IMG/VR virus record: IMGVR_UViG_3300032288_004702
Coordinates: 1-64,000 of that record
From: a virus
Length of the DNA stretch: 64,000 nucleotides
Direction: 5' to 3' (one strand)
This document shows, piece by piece, positions 20,201-29,100 of the stretch (position 1 is the first letter of the stretch; each line of letters starts with the position of its first letter). Under the pieces are notes generated by a model that saw only the letters and a program-made list of their open reading frames with translations, did no database searches and was not told where the DNA came from. The translations under genes and the position numbers were made by a program.

Positions 20201-21464
20201 TAAATCTTCTTACTTCCAAATCCGTCAAACGCCCAGCACCACCGCCAGATATGTTGACCAACTGCACATCCCAGCCCGCACGTCCGCCAGAATCTGAATG
20301 CATTTTCTGCAGAGCCTCTACGGCCTTGATATGCGCATCAGGGTCGGCCGGGTCTATTCCTAGCGAATCGTAAAGTCTGGCGACATTTGCTTTTTGTCTC
20401 GCGATATCATCCTGTCCACGAATTGCACCATTCTTAAACATGCGCAAGTTTTCTGGAACTGGGATATCTCTCCACTCCGGAGCCTCAAACTGCTCCGGCC
20501 ATAGCTCTTTGTAATAGGCGCATCTACCAAGAAATGCCGGGTCTGCCACGCCTCGCGATGATTCGCTCCATTGGTCGTTGTATACGAAGTTGAGCAACGA
20601 CCTAGCCGTATTTCTAAGCCCCTGGTATTCGCCTTCTGCGGTCATCTGCGCTGCTTGGCGTGCAGCAAATCTTGCAAAACGTGATGCACTAAAGCCGAAA
20701 CAGTTTGAACCAGTTGCATCGGTGAACTGATTGGCGGCAGGAGTTCCAGGCGGGCATCTGAATTTGTTATTTTCGTCCCGCAGAACACCAAATGCTGCGG
20801 CAGCGCGTGCTAAAAGTGAGCCCCCCGGAACGCGCGAGGCCAAACTTCTGCCAGGGAGCATTTTTTGCTCAACACCATTGTTTTTATGCTTTTGCAGTGC
20901 GCGTTGTTTTTCTTCGTAGGTCATCCCTGCGGCAATGCCAAAGGGGTCCATGACCCTTTCTGATTCAGGTATTACTTCGTCTGTTTTGGGGTTGACTTTG
21001 TATTTGCTTATTTTGATTGATGGCTTTTTTCTATAGCGCTCTATCAGCTCATCGAATGTCTTTGTTTGGTTTGGGGATGGAGAAATCCACCCAACATTTG
21101 GGCCAGTCCCCATGCCTTCACGTGACTGGAACGATGGGCTAATTACGAGTTTGTCGCCCGGCTCCCATTTCTTTGATGATTCCCACCTATACCCGAGGTT
21201 GTTTGACTCTACGCCAGGCTGCTTATCGCCGCTGAAGTCTCTTTTCTTATTGTCTGTGTCCGTGTAGGCCTTTACGCGAATTCCAAAGTTTGAGGTAATC
21301 GCTTTTACGGCAAGCTCAGGCTCAAGCCTTCCAGTTGATACAGATGAGTTTATTGCACGCCTGAATCTAATTGCTTTTTCGTTGAATCCACCACAGCATG
21401 AAGTTGGGACTATAAGCCGGGCAGAAACTATGACTCTTTCGCGTGTAGCAGGGGTATCCGCCAC
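14259..21464 (-). CDS. 2401-aa polyvalent protein (zincin peptidase, ART-like, ParB-like, DUF3626-like)
   Basis: HELAH (19644-19658) with downstream EAAAE; VIP2-like ART-shaped segment (~17820-18400); GIDRAKMPQ...PSQ...ILDGHHRW ParB-like; PVSGYL...FGDIEIVLRP...RTAY...EAQILGG DUF3626-like. Confidence 0.75.
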   Translation of the reverse strand: MADTPATRERVIVSARLIVPTSCCGGFNEKAIRFRRAINSSVSTGRLEPELAVKAITSNFGIRVKAYTDTDNKKRDFSGDKQPGVESNNLGYRWESSKKWEPGDKLVISPSFQSREGMGTGPNVGWISPSPNQTKTFDELIERYRKKPSIKISKYKVNPKTDEVIPESERVMDPFGIAAGMTYEEKQRALQKHKNNGVEQKMLPGRSLASRVPGGSLLARAAAAFGVLRDENNKFRCPPGTPAANQFTDATGSNCFGFSASRFARFAARQAAQMTAEGEYQGLRNTARSLLNFVYNDQWSESSRGVADPAFLGRCAYYKELWPEQFEAPEWRDIPVPENLRMFKNGAIRGQDDIARQKANVARLYDSLGIDPADPDAHIKAVEALQKMHSDSGGRAGWDVQLVNISGGGAGRLTDLEVRRFTEARLESIPGWPSLSKEEQTRLLDADVKRYQDTEKALFETLLDQFMKDPSSTRFLGRIEYDFNSPDEAGTGVYRSAPELVPRLNPDGTPVLDRDGNPVMRKVPGELRSVIHINMGMILANQESMLPDMRPDERLAISAVGARSEAESRLAVADFLVNADYAARGMAGLIDGVYSFSGHIMLHELAHHRQAQLFVEKIQNEIDEKGFISVPIMRDGVAVGSRNVDSIYALNGDDIMAIMTDVADSINIESLDDAMERIKAIAPLAGSYPRDVYAEGTEVWALEAAAELWALRERGIIYGDDIDAALEWMDNLSFATAARERASADDDSAMESMDDVFRIPTPTTVPDDIPEDVIEETLADRDERLASELREEIKRFKTAFSELPEEEMFSEAAIIASQRDDAKRRVDGFSAMEIDPSLPDDDRSALELLKSEAIKDAQREFDFHSKRYDEASKLWRKKYGVGASGEKKRFEEKVRAIREREGLLDAGEMEEIARLADLDDLRERVKGMPDKKVIRKLADDEVRLSTMDPASPEARDLAERIDVVKDQHAKNLKEAGDTRSIPAIKRDIDKRVKDTISPPPKPSKKFKSAKEAADHGARERRRVKATPEQKKAMKELGDVAESDVGMLLDPANQTRAGRAMNKRNARLKRLGLEVDPMSSDEADAVQQVEKLLIPTMEAIDGTSVADPFEIEAIIDFEPGALKGKMDGKEVDVDKFVSGRVITSRTKKTDMPERGRRDAKTGRTSRRVVVQVREGDRGLFPATGGEGEQKFVAPPGRLRIIGRDSDGTIRAEISYQKDAVEVVDSMADSLSKNKTDAIWAQSHSKKIQAVADRYVAKRRASGDTFPGPRSDYDESAAKSTSEVLDDVIDAGGSFGEGVDELPDGSSRLSSGAAAAAASATIMAKTKSDALGRPATRQQRTQSRESRMSSITRNIKKALGGGRGDGSISRGDIHPEVADLIANVPEEVLIVRAQMAAYRMHEGFDRRVRVRATDADIERLASGGSIRSPFSSPSDEASRASRRAERLAGMPAEQRSSRLSSGRTIDSSENLAERRRQEKEVAKRALSVFDDIINSGQNVNDMSDAELSRRFGGSVKRSGRKSISEKDSNLYEVDDVSTAVALMMLGHHVEVKDQDVRLTEQAQKAFEKQVKEVAKKHIEDGHPRWKAFQDEYAKLNPDADLDNPKTRKDMEDEYVGNYQADLCSLYNPENNLMCSGHIGIDRAKMPQTNGRSSGQNTKAIMALKAGIAAGKWEPSKDGVKRNRELEIEFADELDAKIAKINKKRAELDEPEDPVSDEEIPGILYEIIAEKHSLRNEFGGTTAREHKAASFDNLSDAAKQWLYENTNWNDTEVNLETPFIDWLNGIITVEDPENGPAVRLRTVDPSEYAPSQQQLVASKVDGTAQTIQEKAIEVAERIRKESPGLSDSEFREKYLEEMGKEWFMQPILTTKDNYILDGHHRWAGIVVGNRSLPKELQIPLSANEVQTDIVEGLTLGKVFQDAFGIKEARLGAELQWEGRQEDISPITQEEFDAISVDLSENAPRLIDEKYAEGDYIQLGSVGLKNNANYAEALENRRRLADTRRPSAAAIERERQLDEIIRAADIERSSRLSSGRENVGRMAKLRLSSGRSANNANQGEDIESGKTVGLSSENYAREYYSRIGIPDSVPTDSLPVSGYLVHKSHIDAKRQQIMNSRNGNLRPDAVYEIGDEDVVGDGLTAFGDIEIVLRPSVSERTAYGRGNSISSAHRPVKLNSRNREDVADAILNPDGINGNQQAQEAFLHMLSSSINNDFSNVNASRGSKGAMPNSFDRNLPDGSSREPFEAQILGGFDVNEIEQINIPFKRLEAAGEKEDISDAVNERSIADRLRAAGFTPEEIQYFYSIGGGKNINTQSMAMLRQYRAAQKIKTDMAGKGLNNIKFAHPTGFNIEDPRSHSKAAKGGESVESVLIKAIGNEITEAAKDMMKEMKNSRRPQITSTSGGML

Positions 21465-21478
21465 CTGGCGCCCCCTTT

Positions 21479-23062
21479 TCAGTCGTCGTTCAGGGTGTCT
21501 TCGAGCAACTGGAACTCAACAAGCGATGCCATAAAGTCTGCGTCGCTAACATCGCCGGCTTTCTCTTCGCTGCCAGCTATCCAGTTTGCGGGGATAAGGC
21601 TTTCAAGCTTGAGCGCTCTTGCGCGCTTCATGATGTGCTTCTTGGTAGCTTCTTTATCCTTGGCGCGCCCAAAAGCTTGAATTGCATTACGCAAGTCATT
21701 CTCGGAAACTATTGGGTATGAGCCGTCAGCCATGGCCATGCCCTCTTTTGCGAGGTCCATTCTGCGCTCTTCAGAGAAAGCACGCTTTAATGCAATCTCG
21801 GCAGCCTCTGCCTCGATTTGCTCAACCTCATCAGCTTCGTACTTGTCGTAGCCGAGGACTTCTCCGTCAAGAGCAACAAACACGTCATATGATTTGCCGT
21901 CAAAGCCTTCAATTTCTACCGCATATGCATCAAAGCCCTCGAAAACATCTGGCTCTACTGCAATAACAGTTCCATCTATTGACTTAACAGCAATTTCTGC
22001 TGCCTCAGTGAAGTCAATTAGCTTGTAGCTCACCGAGTCGGACTTCTGCTCGAAGCTGGAAGAATCAAGCTTGTGGAATCCGAGTATTTCTGCAGACTGG
22101 CCGTCGATGAATACCTCATTGATTGAGCCGTCTTTGACTTGAACGTCAACGACGAACATGTCGGCGTCAGACGAGTATCCGGAATCCACGACCACACCGC
22201 TGAACATTTTTTCGGCAAGACCCTCAACGTGGAGGATTCCTGGCATACCTTTTTCTGCGACGCACCCACCCGGACAGTCATCGCACACCTGGGAAGAGCC
22301 GCCGTACGCCTTGCGCTCTATGGCGCAGACATAACCAGCTGCTCCAACATCTGAAACCTTTAGGCCCATGGACTTGATTCGCGCTCTGCGAATCTCCTCC
22401 CATTCAGAGTCCTGTGGTGAGAATGACTTTGTACCCATCTCTGAATACTCCTCTTCATCCTCCTCTTCGTCCTCCTCCATTTCGGGCTCTTCATCCATGC
22501 CCTCTTCGTCTTCAAGCGAAGCCTTTGCGCCCTTCATGCGCGCAATGCGCTGCATTCGTGCACCGCGGCCGCCATTGGAAGCCATCATCTTCTCTTCATC
22601 GGATTCCATGTCCTCTTCGTCTTCTGGCATATCCTCGTCAAGCTCGTCCTCATCAAGCTCGTCCTCTTCTGCCATCATCTCTTCCGACTCGTCATCCATC
22701 ATTTCGGCCATTCCGGCCTTTTTTTCTGGCATGTAAGCAGCCATCTCTTCATCTGAGATTTCTGGCTCTTCTGACTCGTCTGTCATGTCAAGAAGTGCAT
22801 GCCCCGGCTTTTTTTTGTTCATCTTTTTTGTTGCAGAACCAGCAGCTGTTGGGTTCATTGCGTCCTCTGCATCGACGTTCTCGTCTTCCACTTCCTCGTC
22901 CATCGCTGGGACCATTTTCATTTCGACCGGCATAGCTCCGCATTTGGCGCAAATTTCAGCACCTTTAACAAAGCCGCACTCAGATGCTGCAGCGCCCTTG
23001 GCACACTTCAGGACGTTGCCGTCGCTGTCAATGCTTACAGTAGCTTTCTCGTCGTATTTCAT
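21479..23062 (-). CDS. acidic scaffold-like protein with Cys clusters, two PepSY-like domains and a C-terminal DGSYPI...NA...GRA domain
   Basis: IDFTEAAEIAVKSIDGTVIAVE...YAVEIEGFDGKSYDVFVALDGEVL is a typical PepSY; long D/E/M tract; C-terminal DUF6582-like motif. Confidence 0.7.
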   Translation of the reverse strand: MKYDEKATVSIDSDGNVLKCAKGAAASECGFVKGAEICAKCGAMPVEMKMVPAMDEEVEDENVDAEDAMNPTAAGSATKKMNKKKPGHALLDMTDESEEPEISDEEMAAYMPEKKAGMAEMMDDESEEMMAEEDELDEDELDEDMPEDEEDMESDEEKMMASNGGRGARMQRIARMKGAKASLEDEEGMDEEPEMEEDEEEDEEEYSEMGTKSFSPQDSEWEEIRRARIKSMGLKVSDVGAAGYVCAIERKAYGGSSQVCDDCPGGCVAEKGMPGILHVEGLAEKMFSGVVVDSGYSSDADMFVVDVQVKDGSINEVFIDGQSAEILGFHKLDSSSFEQKSDSVSYKLIDFTEAAEIAVKSIDGTVIAVEPDVFEGFDAYAVEIEGFDGKSYDVFVALDGEVLGYDKYEADEVEQIEAEAAEIALKRAFSEERRMDLAKEGMAMADGSYPIVSENDLRNAIQAFGRAKDKEATKKHIMKRARALKLESLIPANWIAGSEEKAGDVSDADFMASLVEFQLLEDTLNDD

Positions 23063-23127
23063 ACAACTCCCGTTAGTGCAGGGAAATGACCTGATGGACC
23101 ATTAACCATTAAATGTCTTTAAATTAT

Positions 23128-23163
23128 AACCTATCACGCTATACATGCGTGAATTAGCAACAC
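23128..23163 (-). promoter_or_regulatory. putative late promoter
   Basis: GTGTTGCTA-N21-TAGGTT, with a TCACGC/GCGTGA inverted repeat in the spacer. Confidence 0.5.
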
Positions 23164-23189
23164 CAGTTAGTTCTGTTCAATTTTTATTG

Positions 23190-26100
23190 CTACTTTTTGC
23201 CAGAGGTTCTCTTCTTGCCTGAGAGTGTTTCCCCAGACTCGATTCTTTCCCTAGCTGTCCTCAACTGCTCGTCGCTAAATATGTCGTCGATGGTGTAGCT
23301 GGTGCCGAATATTTCATTAAACCTGTCAACCATTGATTGCATTTCTGCGCCAGAGAATCGCGGCTCATTTCCCTTTTTGGGAGACCATGGGGAGCCTTTC
23401 GCCGTGGCAGCAGCGCTCAGTGTCACGCCCATGTCCGTTGCCCCAGTGATTCTGTTCCGATTATCTCTGTTATTAAGTCTTGAATCAGGGAAACTCTTGT
23501 CAATGAACTCGTTTAATGCTTCATAGACAACATATTTTGAGTTTTTAAGTTCTGAATCAAAACGCTCGCCGGTATCTCCGTCTTTCCAGACTGACGAGGC
23601 GTCGGGCAGAACGCCGGTCCTAATCATCTGCGCAACGGTTGCAGTTGGAATTCCGTTCTTTGACCATTCATTGTTAATTCCGACATCGTCGGTACCAAAT
23701 GCGGCAGAAAGTCTTTCTTGCAATCCCTTTTTCCACTCCGCCCTGTCTATGCCGAGATAGTCAAGTAATGGCTCGATTTCAAAGTCTTCTCGTGAAGTCT
23801 TGTCTGCGATTATTGCCTCGCCAGCGCGCGCAACCTGCTCATCAGATGGGTTCAGAAGGTCGAATGATTCGCCGTATAGGTCAACTTCAGCCTCGGAATC
23901 ACCCTTTGTTGCGCTGTCTGGGGCAAATCGTCCAGTTGCACGGAATTTAGAAACCTCGCTGACCTCACCTAGCTGAGCGTACTCATCCGGCGTCATTGAC
24001 TCGTTCTCTTCCGTGTCAAACCAATGCGGGAAAGCGTCTTTACCGAATGTCTCGATAATGAATCTGTCTCGCATATTTGCGCGTCCAGCATTCTCTCTTG
24101 CTAGGTCAACATATGGGATATTTTCCGTCGTGTCGCCATCTGGGGATGGGATAATTCTCTTTGCCTCGTCAGCCGTTACGGGGGCAAAATATCTCCATGC
24201 TGCAAGGTCTGGCTGTTTGCCGAGCTCGGCAACTAACAAACGAACTGCATCATGGTTGATACCGGCGTCTGGCTCCTTGATTTTTGCTGTGTCGGCAGGG
24301 CTCAGTCCGAGCATTTTAGCCAACTCTTCACGTGTTGCTGGCCTTGATTGCGTCCAGCGAATCGTGGTGCCGCCTTCAGTATTTTCCCGTGAGGTGAACT
24401 CCGTTGGTATCCGTATTGTTTCGGCGAGCTTGTCTACCGAAAGCATCCACGTCTCAGCAGAAGGATTCTCGTTTCTGGAGTTGTCGCCAACTCTTCCAAC
24501 TCTGACGCGGTTCTGCTTCATCTGCATTGCCTTGCCAACATCCCTCATTGCCCCGCGCGTTCTTTGCTGGCGCTCATTTACTGAAAGGTCGTCAACATCG
24601 ACATCGATGGCAATGCCACGCTTGCGGACGCCATCCCATGCCTGCATTGCGTACTGTAGAGCCTCGCGATTTCGTGGAGTATCTGGGTTGCCATCTATGC
24701 GTATGCCGGCAAGCTGCTGGGCGCTAAGTGTGCCTGGATAAATGCTGCTTCCTGCGACGCGGCGGCTTCTGCGGCCAGGACGAGTGCCTGTCGCGCCGCT
24801 AGATAGGCGCATAGCTGTTCCATCGGCATTATCACCGTAATCCGCTTCCCCGTCTCCATCTATGTCATTGTCACGAATAGAGCCATCGATATCGTCATCT
24901 GTATCGATGTCGTCAGGTTCATAATCTTCTTTGTCTATGCCAATTTCGTTACCGTTTTCAGACCCAGGACCATCAGTAATCATGTCGTCCGTGATGACAA
25001 TAGGGCTATCGTCTTTTTCTTCCTTCTTATTCCCACGAGGTGGAAGGTTTTCAAAGTCAATATCCTCGAGGCGCGTTTCATTTAGTTGTTTATAGAATGC
25101 TGGCAGAGGTATCCCGCCATCATCGCTGAAAGCGCCTTTGTCAAGCTCCTGTGGGATGTGCCCATCTTTCACTGCCTGCGTCATTGCTGCGCGAATGTCT
25201 TTGGTCTTTTCATCATGCAAGTAGAATGCAAACGCTTTTGCGCCGGGGTCAATCATTTCCTTGGCGCGCGACATCGCTACGTGAACAAGGTTCGCTTCTT
25301 CCATGTAGCCGATAGATGCTTGACCAGGCTGTAGGGATTGGGCGATTGACTCCGCAGGGTCGCTCAGGTCTTCTGCTATTGCAACAAATCTCGACTCGCG
25401 ACCCTTTGACAGCTGCATTGTTGTTATTTCAACATCTCCGCCAGCATGTCTTGCCTCATCGCGTAGCGCTTGACCAATTCTATTTAGAATGTCGGCGCTT
25501 TCTTCTAGCGTTGCCCCCTCGATAACAAAACCATCATAAGCGCGTCGCTTTGCGTTTCCTTTCATGCCCTTTTCGGCTCCAGCCTGCGGTTTTACTTTAT
25601 CCTGAAGCCCGAGGCGCTTGATGATTTTTTCTAGGTCTCTTCTATAGCGTCCATTGCCGCCCTTGCGGTTTCCTGGAGGCTGGTTTGGAGACTGTGAGCC
25701 ATCTGGATTATCGATTGGACGCCCAGTATCAGCGCCATCTCCAGTTATCAGAATACGCCCAGTTGGCTTTCCTGGTTTTTTATTATCTCCGCCATCGATT
25801 TCAAGCTGTGCATACACTGCTTGGCGACCATCATTTGCAAATTTCGGCTGCGGTATTATTATTATTTGAGCCCTTTGGCTATCGATTGCCTGAACTGCCT
25901 CTGCAGCAGTTTTGCCGCGGGATATCCGAAGAACCTCTTCCCGTCCCGCAGTAAACGCATCTAGCTCAAGGGTCTTTCTTTCCGGGAGAAGACTTGGCGG
26001 TATAACCTTGACAATCTCTTTTCCTTTGTCGTTGGTCTCTCTTATCTGGCGCCCTTCAAGGAGGGTCAGCATGCCCATCGTTCCAAGTGGAGGGGCAGTT

Positions 26101-29100
26101 TTGTCGCCCTTGGGAGGCTCCATAATTAGCCTAAATGCAGTATTTGCCTGCTGATATCCAGCTTGATTAAGAATTCTCTCCAAGCCCTTTGCATCATAAA
26201 TCGGCCCAAGCCAGCTCGACTGTTCTGGAAGGCCAAACTTTTTCCTATATTCAGCTTTTGCAGTTGGCGACTTAAGTATGTAATCGAGATGTTTTGTAAA
26301 TTTGAGCAATTCTTCCCATTTGCTCAATGGGATGATTACTTCTGGCAGCTTCGGCAACCCATTTTCGTCGCGCTCAACGGCATCGCTATTGATTACTAGG
26401 CGTACGAAGTTAAGGGCCTCGTTGATTATCTCTGCGTTGCTTCTACACAGAATCATTGTTGGTAGATTGCCCTTATCGGCTTCTTCGACTCTGTCAACAA
26501 TCTTGCCAGCCTTGGGGCCGTATAGACTGTCTCTTAGCTCTGTTAGCGCAACATCTTGGGCATCGCGGTCCATTGCCGATATGTCAAGTTTTTTATCCGG
26601 CGTGGAGAATTTCTTATCTATGTCGGCAATCATTAGGGCGCGAGTTGCGTCGTCTACTTCATCTACCGGGTTATTACCTTTTCTGTCTTTTTCAGGGAGG
26701 AGGGGGTCGAAAAGTCTATTAATAACAGTCTGGGCCTGGCCCTTGACGTGTTTCCACGGGAGCTGGGGAACCCCCTGCTTGCGCAAGTAAAGATTTTGTT
26801 GCCCAAGAACAAGGTTAGCTAGATGCCCAATCACTTCCCCATATCTAAATGATTCTGTAATTGTCAATGCGTAGTCTGCATCCAGTGATTCAAGAATATT
26901 CTTTGCTTCGCGGAAAGCATAGACAGCCTGCCTATCGTCGCCCACAATAACAATAGGAAGATTTTTTCTGTTAGCGTCAAGAACGGCTTCTAGAACCTCG
27001 TTTGAGTCCTGTGCTTCGTCCACCATAAATGCGCCAAGTGGATTTTCTTTTGTTGCCATTCTTTTTGCGAGTTTTGCCTCGTTGTTTTTGCTGCCTTGCT
27101 GTTTTTTAACAGAAGTAACAATCCACTCTGCGCCATCTTTATCGACAATAACGTCGCCAACGGAGTACGAGTTTGGTATCTGGACCTTGTCTCTTGTTTG
27201 ATTTTCGGTATGTGTTATAAGGCCTGGGTCGCTGCGAAGGTCGGGATTTGTCAACATCCACAGTTTGGCAATTGAATCCCGTGGCGGAAGCATGTTGTTG
27301 TTACCGTCAGACATTGCGTCTATCGCTTTTTGTAGGTAACCGACCCATGAGTCTGGGATTTGCGCATCAGTCAAGACGGTGTCTACGGCGTGACGTTTTT
27401 TGCTTTGGCCCCTCTGTGTATCGAGTTCCTGCAGCACCCTTTCGGATGGTGTAAACATCCATTTTGCTGCTTTTTCTTCTTTTGATATATTCCAACGCTT
27501 AAGCGCATTGTTGAATACGTCTCCCATTTCCTCAATGGAGACGAATGTGCCGTCTGGGAGATTGAAGCCAGTTACTTCATACTCCTCCATTTGGGGCTTT
27601 CCGTCAGGGCCACGAACAACCTTCCCCTTGGCGTCCCTCACTTTGCGGCGTCGCTTCTGGGTTATCTGGTCTGGCCACTTATCCATGCCAAGGAACTTGG
27701 CCCAGTCCGTGCCGTCGTCTAGACGCTCCCATCCAAGGGCTCTGTATCCAGGCTCTTCTCCTGAGAATGTTTCAAAAGAGCCATCAAATAGTTCTCTTAC
27801 ATAATCAAAAGGAATGAACTCTGGCTCATCTGGGGTTTTTTCTGCGCTGATGAATTTTGGATTCTTTTTTGCACCGCGCGTCTTTTTTGATTCTGCACCG
27901 AGAAGAGCGAATTGCATTTTCCTGCGCATCCCCACGCCGTATCTCTCGTCCCCCTGGCCAAGCTTCAGAGACCAATACCAGAGCTTGTCGGTCGTGGAGA
28001 TTCCGGTATTCTTGGGGAATTCAAGTTCTGCTTCGAGCTGGTTCTTTTTATTGAACACTGCATAGTAGATATTGCCAATTTGATTTTCTTTTGCAAGCTT
28101 GTCTACTGCCGCCTTCACCTCATCAGCAGACATACCAGAGAAATCGACCTTGTATCTGTCCGCTAGATAGGCAAGCTGCTCGTCGCGTCTCTTATCGCCC
28201 TCTGGCCAAAGGTCAAACTCGCGCTGCAATGCCCACGCAATGCTCTTGAGTGTCGTTGTTTTACCAGTTCCGGCGCCGGCCAATATTGACAATATGCGCG
28301 GGTCTTTTTGTCTTATCAAGCGCATTGCGACATCCATGATGTCCCTCTGCTCATTTGTTGGCTCGTTTGCTAGACCAAAAGCAAACTTCATTGATATTTT
28401 TTCGTCTGTCCGCTCTACCTCTGGGACGCCATCTTTGCGCCCCTTAATTGGCCCGGCTGATTTACCACTGGCTAGACGACCGGATGGCGTTATTACAATT
28501 CCGTCCTTATTCTTCGACGGAGCATTTGGTGAGCGGTCAAATGAGCGAAGCTCGCGTTCGGCGACGCTTAGATTGACTGCGTCTGGAACAAGAGCTTCAA
28601 ATTCATCTGTATCCAACAGGTCTTCCATTGGTCCAGTTATTGTCGTGGTTGGCTTTATGCTTGGAGCGTCTTCGTAGCCGGCAAGCATCGGAACCTCAAA
28701 CCACGTGTCCATCCTGCCCTTGCGCTCGTCGTCCGGTATTCCGGCGAGTCGGCGCATTGTCGCTGAACGATTAAGCAGGTAATCGTTTGCCTGCTGTGCC
28801 TGAAGAATTGCGCGATGAAGGGCGAGTGGGTCCTGCTTCAGTTTCTTCAGCCATGAGTTTAGGTAAAGAAGATGGTCTTCTCTGACGGTTGGCTCAAGAC
28901 CCATTGCGCCCATTGCAAATGCTGAGCCAATTTCAGCAACAAGTTCCTCAAATGCATACTGTTCATCACCGAACTGCAAACCGAGCGTTCTGTTAAGTCT
29001 TGTTGGATGAGAAGTCCAGTGAATGGTCTCATGCATGGCGGTCCCATAGAAAGCAAGTGCATTTTCAAATTGCTCAAACGCCGGCATGTGTATTTTATCT

